A stretch of DNA of 64,000 nucleotides from Verrucomicrobiia bacterium (GTDB lineage: Bacteria; Verrucomicrobiota; Verrucomicrobiia; Limisphaerales; UBA1319), in the NCBI GenBank assembly GCA_963664225.1, contig OY760937.1, positions 2,880,001 through 2,944,000 of the forward strand, read 5' to 3'. The notes under the pieces are model-generated. The model worked only from the letters and a program-made list of their open reading frames with translations, did no database searches and was not told the origin of the DNA. Position numbers and translations under genes: made by a program. This document shows positions 47,609 to 56,980 of the stretch, piece by piece (the first letter of the stretch is position 1; each line of letters opens with the position of its first letter).

Positions 47609-47739
47609 AAGCTTCTAAAGTTCCATCGGATAATAACAAATACGTTAAAATGGCTCATTCAGGTTCAAATCCAACAACACTTTAAATCCCGCAGCACTGC
47701 TCGAAGCCCATTTAAGTCCTCACTCCCCCCCCTCAGACG

Positions 47740-49140
47740 CTAGCCTTTGCTCGCGTAATAGGCGTCCACTTTGCCGGCCACGTCCTTGTAGCCGATATCG
47801 ACCTCGTAAATCTGTTTGAACTGCTCGATCGCCTCCTCGGTCTTTTTCATTTTTTCGAGCACGCATCCGAGGGCGTAAATCAGCTCTTTTTTCTCATCGT
47901 CGAAAACGACCTTCTCCTTGATGGCGGTTTGGAGCGTGCGCGCTGCCAGATCGTTCATGCCGCGGCTTGCGAAGCACTGGCCCAGATAAAAAAGAGATTG
48001 GACCCGCCGGTGCGGATTGTTCTGGGACTTCTGAAACTCCTGAATGGCCTGGCTGATTTGTCCGGCCTCGTAATAGAGCTGGCCCAATTCGAAGCGGATG
48101 CCCAGATCCGATGGGAATTTATCCGCGCGGGTCTTGCACTCGGCCAGTTGAAAGGCCTGTCGATCCGCCTTGATTTTGGCCACACTTTGCGCGTAATCGG
48201 GCGCTTTGGAATCCAGTTGGGATTCGAGAAAATCGAATTTTTTCAGATTCGTCTCGGCGATGTTTTTTTCGATGCTCGAATCGCTGCCCATGCCCGCGTC
48301 CAGGATCCGCTGATAATAGGACAATGAGACGTCGAATTCATTTTTCTGCGCGTGCAAATCGGCAAGGGAGCGCAGCAGACGCAGATTCTTGGGTTCACGA
48401 ACCAGCCGGGCTTCATATTCCTGAATGAGGTTGGTCGCCACATCTGCAGTTTTCACTTCGCGCTGCTCCTGCTCCAGCGCCTTCGATTGTTCCTTGTCCT
48501 TGAGAATATCCCGGTAGGAGCCTTCCCCTTCCGACAAGGCGTTGTAACCGCCTTCCTCCATGGTGCGGTGAACAGAGAGGTTCTTAAGGGCCTGGGAGAT
48601 TTCGTTGTTGTTGGGATCGTTTTGCTGCAGATCCGTAAGGATTTCCTCGGCGCGCTCTCCTTGTCCCGCCGCAGCCAGTGCCTTGGCCAGTCGCAAGGCC
48701 AACTCCCGATCGCGCGGCGCGGTTTTAAACACAATTTCCAGGGATAGCACCGCCGTCCGCGGGAGGTCCGCCGCCACGGCGGCATCAGCCAAAAGCTTGT
48801 GCGCCATGGTACTGTGCGGATCCTGATTCAGAATTTGTTCGGCAAGCTGGATGGCCTCCAATGGATTGGAGTGGAGGGCAATCCGGCCACGTGCCAGTAA
48901 CGGTCCCGTGCTGGTGGCCTTGCCCAGGGCGCGCATGAAGAAGTTGGAACCGGCGCCGACTTTCTTAAACTGCGCGGCGCGAAGGGCTTCGCGACAATCG
49001 TAAAAGCCGGGCTCCTTTTCCAGAATCTGGTTGAACAGGCTGATCGCGTAATCAAAGTTCTGCCGCTCATACGCGATCCGCCCTTTTTCATATAAATCCC
49101 TCCAATAGGATGGAATTTCATTCTGACTCTTCTCAGGCAT
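47740..49140 (-). CDS. Tetratricopeptide-repeat protein
   Basis: Multiple TPR-like helices; C-terminal YALG..LE....EEA...FK.IYEVDIGYKDV. Confidence 0.9.
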   Translation of the reverse strand: MPEKSQNEIPSYWRDLYEKGRIAYERQNFDYAISLFNQILEKEPGFYDCREALRAAQFKKVGAGSNFFMRALGKATSTGPLLARGRIALHSNPLEAIQLAEQILNQDPHSTMAHKLLADAAVAADLPRTAVLSLEIVFKTAPRDRELALRLAKALAAAGQGERAEEILTDLQQNDPNNNEISQALKNLSVHRTMEEGGYNALSEGEGSYRDILKDKEQSKALEQEQREVKTADVATNLIQEYEARLVREPKNLRLLRSLADLHAQKNEFDVSLSYYQRILDAGMGSDSSIEKNIAETNLKKFDFLESQLDSKAPDYAQSVAKIKADRQAFQLAECKTRADKFPSDLGIRFELGQLYYEAGQISQAIQEFQKSQNNPHRRVQSLFYLGQCFASRGMNDLAARTLQTAIKEKVVFDDEKKELIYALGCVLEKMKKTEEAIEQFKQIYEVDIGYKDVAGKVDAYYASKG

Positions 49141-49305
49141 ATTGGGAACTTATGGCGTTGAGGAAAAAAACTCCACTGTAAAATTGCGGTCTCAATGACA
49201 CGGCTCGTCTCCGTAGAAAAGGGTTGCTCCATCTGAGCCTTTTTTTTGCTTTTGACATTTGATTCGTGCTTGCAATCCCTCGCTCAGATCAGCAGGCTTG
49301 AGCCT

Positions 49306-50091
49306 ATGAAGTCAAAAGTTCTAACCATCGTGCTCGTTCTTGTCTGCGTGGCACTCGGCATTTTCCTTTTCCTGAACACCAAGAAATCCCAGGAAGAGCT
49401 GAAGGTGGCGGAGAAACAACGCATTGATTTATCCAATAATTGGGCGCGCGCCAGCACCCAACTCAATGAGCAGCAGAAGGTGAATATCATCTTGGAGACC
49501 AACATTGTGCAGCGGACCGAAGAGGTCGTGGCCTTCTCGAATCAGCTCACCCAGGTCGGCGCCAAACTCGCCAAAACCGAGGCTGAGGCCAAAGCCGCCG
49601 CGCAAACCGCCCAGGAAGAGCTGGCCAAGCGCGATGCCAAGATCAACGAGCTCCAAACCCAGCGCGACGACCTGACCAAGCGCATGGAAGAACTCAATGT
49701 TTCCATTACCTCCTTGGAAGCGCAAATCGGCGCCACAGAGAAAAAACTCACCGCCGCCGAAGGCGATCGGACTTTCCTATTAAAGGAATTGAAACGGCTT
49801 CAGTCCGAGAAGGCTGAACTGGAGCGCCAGTTCAACAACCTGGCTTTCCTGCGCGAACAGGTGCGCAAGTTGCGTGACGAACTTTCCATTGCCCGCCGGT
49901 TGGAATGGCTGCGCCGGGGCTTGTATGGCTCGACCGTTAAAGGCGGCGAGAAATTGCAGAATGGTTTCGCCACACCGGCAGCAAATACCAATTTCAATCT
50001 GAACGTGGAATTGCGGCAGGATGGCACGGTCAAGGTGGCTCCGGTCAATACCAACGCCCCTGCGGCTGCGGCCAGCGCGCCGGCCAAATAA
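49306..50091 (+). CDS. Membrane-anchored coiled-coil protein
   Basis: N-terminal TM helix followed by a long heptad-rich region. Confidence 0.75.
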   Translation: MKSKVLTIVLVLVCVALGIFLFLNTKKSQEELKVAEKQRIDLSNNWARASTQLNEQQKVNIILETNIVQRTEEVVAFSNQLTQVGAKLAKTEAEAKAAAQTAQEELAKRDAKINELQTQRDDLTKRMEELNVSITSLEAQIGATEKKLTAAEGDRTFLLKELKRLQSEKAELERQFNNLAFLREQVRKLRDELSIARRLEWLRRGLYGSTVKGGEKLQNGFATPAANTNFNLNVELRQDGTVKVAPVNTNAPAAAASAPAK

Positions 50092-50115
50092 GCGCGGCTC
50101 GGATTTCATAGATGA

Positions 50116-50150
50116 AAAGGCGGACTTCGCGAGGTCCGCCTTTCTCTTTG
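50116..50150. terminator. Probable bidirectional rho-independent terminator
   Basis: AAAGGCGGAC-TTCGCGAG-GTCCGCCTTT stem with A/T-rich flanks, between convergent genes. Confidence 0.75.
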
Positions 50151-50186
50151 CAGAACGGTCCCGGTATTGCCGGGTAAAAGCACCCA

Positions 50187-51263
50187 CTATGGGACCATGC
50201 GCCCGGTTTTTAGCTTCACGGCGCCTTCGGAAATAATCGCCGCCAACCTGCCGGGTCCGGTCTCATAAATCGCAGGCCAGTTGTATTTGAAGCCCGCCTT
50301 CCAGGGAGATTCTTCCAACTCTTGCCACGTTTTAGCCCCGTCCTCGCTGATGGACAATGTGTTGGAACAGGAAGTAAGCAGGATGCGGCCATCGGTAAGA
50401 ACGATAACGTAAGGCGCCGCTTCATGACCGGGAATGGGTGATCCAAGAGCCGGGGGCCACGAAATTCCATCCTGAGATAGCTTGTAATGCACGATGCCTT
50501 TTCCAAGTCCCACGACCTCATAGACTAACAAAAACTTTCCATCGTTCAACCGGTTGACCACACCCATGCCCGGCCGCAATTTTCCGCCACCGGCTTCCTC
50601 CACGATGCGAGTTTCTGGTCCCCAGGTTTGACCGCCATCGGTGCTGGTTTTCTGGGACAACACCTGGCTGTAACCCTCAAGTTTTTCGTTGGAGTAGATG
50701 ACGCTGACTTTCCCATCCGGTAACTGAAATAAAAAGGGTTCCCAGAGTCCCCGGCTTCCGGCTATTCCCTTGGCAACTTCGCTGGTATCCACCTGGCTGG
50801 TCGCCTGCCAGGTCCGGCCACGATCCACGCTGCGATAGACGGGAAGGTGGTAGGATTGGCCATCAATGAGGGAACGACCGGTCAAAAGCACCACTCCATT
50901 CGAGAGGGTCAGCAGATGGCCGTTGTCCAACTTCCGTCCGGTCTCCCGAAGTTCGGCTGCAGATCGCCATGGCCCGCTCGGATTGGTGGCGCGGTAGAGA
51001 CACAGACGGCTGGGTTCGGTCTTCGAGAAGCGCGTGATTACGGACAGCCATTCTCCATCCGGCAGCGGCGTGAGCCGACCCCATGCGCCGCGGTCAATGG
51101 TGGTTTCCGCGCTCCAGGTGATTTCAGCGCCCATGGCGGAAATGGCGACAATTGGCAACAGCCAGACTGCAACACGAATGGCCATCAACAGAGTGGTCAA
51201 GCGAGGCGGTGCATTCACTGTATCTCTTTCTTGTTTGGATGTCCGGCGATGGATCTGGTGCAT
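50187..51263 (-). CDS. Sialidase-like BNR/Asp-box protein
   Basis: Asp boxes SVDRGRTW, STDGGQTW, SQDGISW, SEDGAKTW; GLWEPF, RPGM. True start probably downstream. Confidence 0.85.
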   Translation of the reverse strand: MHQIHRRTSKQERDTVNAPPRLTTLLMAIRVAVWLLPIVAISAMGAEITWSAETTIDRGAWGRLTPLPDGEWLSVITRFSKTEPSRLCLYRATNPSGPWRSAAELRETGRKLDNGHLLTLSNGVVLLTGRSLIDGQSYHLPVYRSVDRGRTWQATSQVDTSEVAKGIAGSRGLWEPFLFQLPDGKVSVIYSNEKLEGYSQVLSQKTSTDGGQTWGPETRIVEEAGGGKLRPGMGVVNRLNDGKFLLVYEVVGLGKGIVHYKLSQDGISWPPALGSPIPGHEAAPYVIVLTDGRILLTSCSNTLSISEDGAKTWQELEESPWKAGFKYNWPAIYETGPGRLAAIISEGAVKLKTGRMVP

Positions 51264-51275
51264 GAGCGTTTATGC

Positions 51276-53153
51276 CTATGGAACTGCTGGTTTTTGGACA
51301 ATCCCTTTAATGAATTCCGCAGGTGTGATCCCGCGCTCATTGATATGGGCGATGGGTTGCCAGCCTTGAGGCCCGGGTTGTGTGGCTTTGGCGAGCCATT
51401 CGGCGGCGAGGGAATTGCGGGTGCGTTCAAAAGGCCACTGCCCGGCTTTTTGTTCGCATTGTTTGCGCAATTCATTCCATTGGCTCAACCAGACATATTG
51501 GAGCGATAGATGACTGTTTTTGACCCTCCACAAAAGGGCGGGATCGGCAGCGGCGGCGTTTTCGGCCAGACGCCAGAGAGCTTCGGATTTGGACATGACC
51601 TCAAAATCCAGGAAGGTGGTGGTCTTGGGATCTGATTGGGCTATGTTCAAATCGCGCGCCAATTGACTTACCAGAATCAAGTATTGCTCGATGGGTACTG
51701 CCGCAGCCTTTCCGTAGTAGCCGCAGAGGAATTCCCAGATCAACGCCCGGTCGTTCTGGTGGGGATTCCACATGAGCTGGGCCGTAATCCAGGCCTTGAG
51801 TTCGGCCATTTCGCCCCCGTTGGACTCATAAGCGCCCTCGGCCATGAAGCCTTTGACGTTGTGAGCGTAATAGAAATCAAGATTGGGCCCGATGACAAAG
51901 TAATTGGGATGGGGCTGGAGGTAGCGCCCGAAATCGGTGTCGTAATTCCAAACATAGAGCCGTTTGCTGATTTTGGACCAGTCGTCGAGATCGCTTCCAA
52001 AGGTGGAATTGGACCACTGGCTCATGGGAACGGCAAAAGTGGATTCGATGGAGCAGAGCCGCACGATGACGTTGGATTCGGGTCGCACGTTCTTTGGCGC
52101 GTGTCGGGTATATGTGTAGGCGAGCGTGTCGATGGCAATCTTGGGATTAACGGGTTGAACACGCCGCGCCACGGCGTTGACGAAAGTCAGCAATGTGCCC
52201 GCAGGTCCGCCTGTGGCGGCGTCCATCGCCAGGCAGTTCGAGCATTGGCAACTGCTGACGTTGTCATTTTGCGAGACAGAGAGGATCCGGGCTTTGGGAG
52301 AGGCGCCCAGCGATTCTGTGACCCGTTTGCACACCTCTTCGAGCAACTGGGGATTGGTGAGGCAGAACTGGCTGTTCGTTGGGGTGCGCACGCCGTTGAC
52401 CAGCGCGTACCATTCCGGGTGCGCGGCGAAATAAGTTTTAGGCGGAATCAGCGGGTAAAGGGTGTGAACGAAGCCGTTATACGTAATGTGCCCGCCCAGT
52501 TCATCGGTCAGGCGGGCGGAATTGCCATTGCATTGATTTCTGGCGGCCCAAAGTCCGTCCAAGGCATGATTCCATAACGCATCCCGGTATTCAAAAGCGG
52601 GGGCGACCTGGAGGTTCAAGGAGGGAATCGCAATCCGGGATTGTTTTGGAACCTCAGTGGCCCAAGGGGTCCACCAACTCACGTTGCATTGCTGGTGGAG
52701 AAATCGGTAAACGGCATATAATGTGCCGCGGGTGCGTCCGCCGGCCAGCAACAACCGGTGTCCCGAGGTGCGAAGAATGATTTCCTCCTCGCCCAATTTG
52801 TTCCACTCGATACGGGGGAAATAACGCTCCGCCGTCGGCCCGGGCCCGATGACGATGGCTTTCTCGGGAAGGTCCGCCCCGGCCTGAAGAATTTCAAAGT
52901 GCGTCCCGGTGATTTGCTGCAAATAATCAGCCAGTTCGCGCGCGGCAAACAGCTCCGTCGCAGTGGCTCCTGTCTGCGTGTAAATGGCCGCGCCCGGTTG
53001 GGCATTCTCACCGACCACAAGGGCACTGTATGCGGAAGCCGCCCGCGCCCACGCGAACAACGCGCAGAAGGCGCAAAGCAGGAATACGATCCTGCATTTT
53101 GATATCGATATCGGAGGAGAAATTCCTCGAGGGCATGATTTTGGCGAATTCAT
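51276..53153 (-). CDS. DUF4838 protein with GH67/GH20-like N-terminal domain (putative glycoside hydrolase)
   Basis: AARELADYL..ITG, RGTLYAVY.FL, PAFEYR, HPEWYAL..G.R...QFCLTNP, SQND, CQC..C, TLAY..T..AP, VWNY. Confidence 0.88.
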   Translation of the reverse strand: MNSPKSCPRGISPPISISKCRIVFLLCAFCALFAWARAASAYSALVVGENAQPGAAIYTQTGATATELFAARELADYLQQITGTHFEILQAGADLPEKAIVIGPGPTAERYFPRIEWNKLGEEEIILRTSGHRLLLAGGRTRGTLYAVYRFLHQQCNVSWWTPWATEVPKQSRIAIPSLNLQVAPAFEYRDALWNHALDGLWAARNQCNGNSARLTDELGGHITYNGFVHTLYPLIPPKTYFAAHPEWYALVNGVRTPTNSQFCLTNPQLLEEVCKRVTESLGASPKARILSVSQNDNVSSCQCSNCLAMDAATGGPAGTLLTFVNAVARRVQPVNPKIAIDTLAYTYTRHAPKNVRPESNVIVRLCSIESTFAVPMSQWSNSTFGSDLDDWSKISKRLYVWNYDTDFGRYLQPHPNYFVIGPNLDFYYAHNVKGFMAEGAYESNGGEMAELKAWITAQLMWNPHQNDRALIWEFLCGYYGKAAAVPIEQYLILVSQLARDLNIAQSDPKTTTFLDFEVMSKSEALWRLAENAAAADPALLWRVKNSHLSLQYVWLSQWNELRKQCEQKAGQWPFERTRNSLAAEWLAKATQPGPQGWQPIAHINERGITPAEFIKGIVQKPAVP

Positions 53154-53184
53154 GCCCTGAAGATAACCGTCGAAGCGCCGAAGT

Positions 53185-54162
53185 TCAACCCGGCTCAGCC
53201 ATCAGAAAGGAGCTTGGCTCCGTGGCGGTGAACGTGACCGTCTGCATGCACGCAGGCGCGAGGCAAAAGCCGCCTTTGCACAGAACAGAATGGCCGGCGT
53301 CGCGGTCAAATCCCAGTTTGCCTTCGATGACGCCCATGATCAGCGATTTTGTGCAAGGCAGCGTGGCGGTTTGACCAGTTCCAAGCCGTACACGGCGCAC
53401 CTTGAACAGGGGATCGTTCACCAGTTCAGCCGTCTCCACGCCGTTGATGATCTCGATGCGCGGGTGGATGAGCTGGGGCTCCAGATCGTCGAAATCGATG
53501 CAAGCAAGTCCTTCCTTCACATGAAGCGCGCGCGGCTTGCCGTCCAGGCCCACGCGGTTCCAATCAAACAGGCGATAGGTGGTGTTGGAATTCTGCTGGA
53601 CCTCAAAGATCATGACACCGGCGCCCAGGGCATGAACCCGACCGCTGGGCAGAAACACCGCATCTCCCGGTTTGACGGCGATCCGGTGGAAGCAGGTTTC
53701 CAGCGTGCCATCCTTGAGCCGGTTCTCAAAATCCTGACGGGTTACGCCGCGACGCAGACCGACAAATATTTCAGCCCCCGGAGCCGCCTGGGTGACGACC
53801 CACATTTCGGTTTTTGGTTCACCGCCCAGTTCCGCAGCCTTGGCAGCGGGTGGATGGACCTGCAGGGAGAGCATTTGCTGGGCGTCGATGATTTTGACCA
53901 GCAACGGATAACGCCCATTCAGGGAGGCGGCGCTGCCGAGCACCTCTTTGGCGTGATTTTCCATGAGCCAGCGCAAGTCCTTCCCGGCCAAAGGACCGTC
54001 AGCGATGACGCTTACCCCTTCGGAGCGGTCGGTGATTTCCCACGATTCGCCGATGGTTTTTCCGGCGGGCACATGTTTGGAATACACCTGTTCGAGCAGG
54101 TGTCCGCCCCAGACATTCTCTTTTAGAACCGGATGAAAAATTAACGGATATAGCATACGCAA
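53185..54162 (-). CDS. Mannose-6-phosphate isomerase, class I
   Basis: VWGG, IGESWEI, PLLVK.IDA..LSLQVHP, KTEMW, G.VHALG, EVQQNS..TYR.FDW. Confidence 0.95.
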   Translation of the reverse strand: MRMLYPLIFHPVLKENVWGGHLLEQVYSKHVPAGKTIGESWEITDRSEGVSVIADGPLAGKDLRWLMENHAKEVLGSAASLNGRYPLLVKIIDAQQMLSLQVHPPAAKAAELGGEPKTEMWVVTQAAPGAEIFVGLRRGVTRQDFENRLKDGTLETCFHRIAVKPGDAVFLPSGRVHALGAGVMIFEVQQNSNTTYRLFDWNRVGLDGKPRALHVKEGLACIDFDDLEPQLIHPRIEIINGVETAELVNDPLFKVRRVRLGTGQTATLPCTKSLIMGVIEGKLGFDRDAGHSVLCKGGFCLAPACMQTVTFTATEPSSFLMAEPG

Positions 54163-54197
54163 TATATTACGGAGCGGCGGCGTTCCAATTTAACCCA

Positions 54198-55217
54198 TCA
54201 AACCTTGTCGGCCTCGGTCGTTGGAGCTGCCGGTGGATTCTCAATCACTGCGGCCTGCTGTTCATTGTAGCGGCCGAAGGAGCGGAATTTTTCGTAACGC
54301 AGCCGCAGACGCTCCTCCACAGACAGGGCCTGGATGGCGTCCACATGCTTGATGAGCGTCATCTTGAGCGTTGCTGCGGAGGTCTCCAGATCGTTGTGCG
54401 CGCCACCGATGGGTTCGTGAATGATCTCATCGACGAGCTTCATTTCGAGCAGGTCTTTGGCGGTGATTTTCAACGCCTCGGCGGCCTTGGCGGCGGCGGC
54501 GCGGTCTTTCCAGAGGATGGCGGCGCAACCTTCCGGGCTGATGACGGAATAGTAGGCGTTTTCCATGATGAGCACGCGATCCGCCACGCCGATGCCCAGG
54601 GCGCCTCCAGACCCCCCTTCGCCGATGACCGTGGCGATGATCGGAACCTTGAGCAGCGTCATCTCGCGCAGATTCACAGCGATGGCTTCGGCGATGTGGC
54701 GTTCCTCGGCTCCGATGCCCGGATACGCCCCGGCGGTATCGATCAAGGTGATGATGGGCAGGCCGAATTTGTCCGCAATACGCATCAGGCGCAGGGCTTT
54801 GCGATAACCTTCAGGATGCGCGGAACCGAAATTGCGCAGGATGTTTTCCTTGGTATCCCGCCCTTTCTGCGTGCCGATGACCATGACCTTGCGGTCGTTT
54901 AGTTTGGCAAAACCACCCACGATGGCGTGGTCGTCCGCGTAGAGCCGGTCGCCATGCAACTCGGAGAATCCGGTAAACGTGGAACGCAAATAATCCAGCA
55001 CGTAGGGTCGCTTGGGATGCCGGGCGATCTGAACACGCTGCCAGGCGGTCAAATCCGCATAGATTTGTCGCCGTGTCTCTTCGATCTTCTTTTCGATTTG
55101 CTGAATCTCGTCGCCAAGGCTGATGGCCATGTCGTGCGTTTCCGGATGCTTTTTCAAGTCGTCCAGTTTGCGCTGCAACTCAATGATCGGTTTTTCGAAG
55201 TCAAGCTGATGCTTCAT
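54198..55217 (-). CDS. accA: Acetyl-CoA carboxylase carboxyltransferase alpha subunit
   Basis: LDFEKPI, ARHPKRP, ELHGDR, PEGYRKA, IDTAGAYPG, GEGGSGGALG, YSVISPEGCAAILW. Confidence 0.98.
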   Translation of the reverse strand: MKHQLDFEKPIIELQRKLDDLKKHPETHDMAISLGDEIQQIEKKIEETRRQIYADLTAWQRVQIARHPKRPYVLDYLRSTFTGFSELHGDRLYADDHAIVGGFAKLNDRKVMVIGTQKGRDTKENILRNFGSAHPEGYRKALRLMRIADKFGLPIITLIDTAGAYPGIGAEERHIAEAIAVNLREMTLLKVPIIATVIGEGGSGGALGIGVADRVLIMENAYYSVISPEGCAAILWKDRAAAAKAAEALKITAKDLLEMKLVDEIIHEPIGGAHNDLETSAATLKMTLIKHVDAIQALSVEERLRLRYEKFRSFGRYNEQQAAVIENPPAAPTTEADKV

Positions 55218-55301
55218 TAGTCCCCCCATTTTATGTGGGCGAACGCCCCATCGCAACGAGAAAGCACCAATGCAAAACGGGACGGGTTCGCGCCCGACAA
55301 T

Positions 55302-56051
55302 CTATTTGGCGGCGTCCAGCGGTTTGATGCGTATGTTGCGGTAGCGGACGAATTGCTGGGTGAAATCACCGCCTCCATGCACCTGAAGCGCAATGCCACC
55401 CTGGTCGGGATGACGCTTTTCGGTCTCCGTCCATTCCATGATTTTCACGCCATTGATCCAGGTGGTGATGGCGGGAGGATTGGCGGTGATGCGGGCGCGC
55501 AACTCGTTCCACTGACCATGCCGCCAGAAAAACGGCCACGACTCTGGCAGAACCGGCAGGGGCGTGGGCGCCTTGACTTCCTTGATTTTTTCGGGCGCGT
55601 CCAAAAAGGAATAATTATAGACGGACGGTTTGGCGCCAAGTCCACCCTCCCCATAGATGCCCATGAGATTGCCGCCACTGTGATAATCGATCATGGCCTG
55701 GAAAGCCGTGCCATTCTCCGTGCTGCGCAGGAACAGGCCGCTGTCCGGTCCGAAATCGTTGTTCATTTCGAGGATGATCTCGAAATCTCCATAAGGTTTG
55801 TCGGTGATGAGAATGCCGCCATTGCCCGGGATGTCCTGACTGCCGGTGATGACCCCGTTTTCCACGACCCATTTGCCGCCGGTTTTGTGGTCGCTCCTGG
55901 CGCTGTGCCCGGTTTGGGCGCTCACATGCCAGCCAGCCAGCGTTTTCCCGTCAAAGATGGGAATAAAGCCCTCGTCCGCAGCCTGGGCGGGGAGACTCAA
56001 GGAGGCAAGACAGCACGCCGTTAGAAAAGTGGTTGTCAGGGAGATTTTCAT
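55302..56051 (-). CDS. DUF1080 (3-keto-disaccharide hydrolase-like) secreted protein
   Basis: GFIPIFDGKTLAGW, W.VENGVI, DSGLFLR, GQWN, GGIALQVH...VRYRNIRI. Confidence 0.93.
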   Translation of the reverse strand: MKISLTTTFLTACCLASLSLPAQAADEGFIPIFDGKTLAGWHVSAQTGHSARSDHKTGGKWVVENGVITGSQDIPGNGGILITDKPYGDFEIILEMNNDFGPDSGLFLRSTENGTAFQAMIDYHSGGNLMGIYGEGGLGAKPSVYNYSFLDAPEKIKEVKAPTPLPVLPESWPFFWRHGQWNELRARITANPPAITTWINGVKIMEWTETEKRHPDQGGIALQVHGGGDFTQQFVRYRNIRIKPLDAAK

Positions 56052-56344
56052 GGTGAATGGACTATAACACGTAGGCGGCCCCGGACAAGGCGATAGTGGG
56101 CGATTGCGGGCGGAAGATGCCCACGGGGAGGAATGATGGATAATCCACAGATGCCGCCGATTGGCACAGATGGGAAACCATGGATTTTGTGGTGGAATGG
56201 GCCTAATCCATCTTGATTCCAGCAGGTTACATGCAAATTGAACTCAAATTAAGCCCGATGGGTCGAAAATGTGAACCCAATGTGTTAAATACGCTTGATA
56301 CTAGCATAAATACGGCGTAATGCAGTAATAACACTAGATCTGCG

Positions 56345-56980
56345 ATGAATAACTTCCGTGATCAAGGCCAGTTTTCTGGAAAATTGGACATCGAAGAAGC
56401 TCTAAAAAGGCTGAATGCCAAAATGGTTTATGGCGGGTTGGATCCGGTAGAGCTCGTCAGTTGCGGTGGGGCTTCGCTCAACCTTATGGGATGGGTATCC
56501 CGCTCCACCAGCGATGTGGACATCCTTTGCGTGGCGCAGGTGGACGCCACAGGGAAAGTGAAACTGCTGCCAGGAGTGCCATTGCCACCCCGGTTCATTG
56601 GGTTGATTGCGGAAGTGGGCCAGGAAATGGGCATCGATGAAGAATGGTTGAATCTCGGTCCGGCTCCGTTAATGGAGTTTGGGCTCCCTCCGGGATTGGA
56701 GGACCGGCTCACGCGCACAAGTTTTGGCCCCTGTCTGGCGCTGCATGTGGTTGGCCGCCTGGATCAGATTCATTTTAAGCTGTATGCAACGATGGACCCA
56801 GAGACCCGGATCGAGACGCATCTGGGGGACTTGTTGGACCTGGAGCCAACCGCAGAGGAGGCTCAGGCTGCCGTGGATTGGTTGTTGATCCACAAAACCA
56901 GCCGGGATTTCCGTCGTAAACTCAAACAGGTATTGGACCGAATCGGGCATGAAAAACTTGCTGCAAGAATTCAGGACTGA
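56345..56980 (+). CDS. DUF6036-like nucleotidyltransferase (AbiEii/Pol-beta superfamily)
   Basis: CGGASL..MG.VSRSTSDVD (GG...RxTxDxD), WLN.GP, LP.G...RL, RLDQIHFKLYA, H..DL..L. Confidence 0.8.
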   Translation: MNNFRDQGQFSGKLDIEEALKRLNAKMVYGGLDPVELVSCGGASLNLMGWVSRSTSDVDILCVAQVDATGKVKLLPGVPLPPRFIGLIAEVGQEMGIDEEWLNLGPAPLMEFGLPPGLEDRLTRTSFGPCLALHVVGRLDQIHFKLYATMDPETRIETHLGDLLDLEPTAEEAQAAVDWLLIHKTSRDFRRKLKQVLDRIGHEKLAARIQD

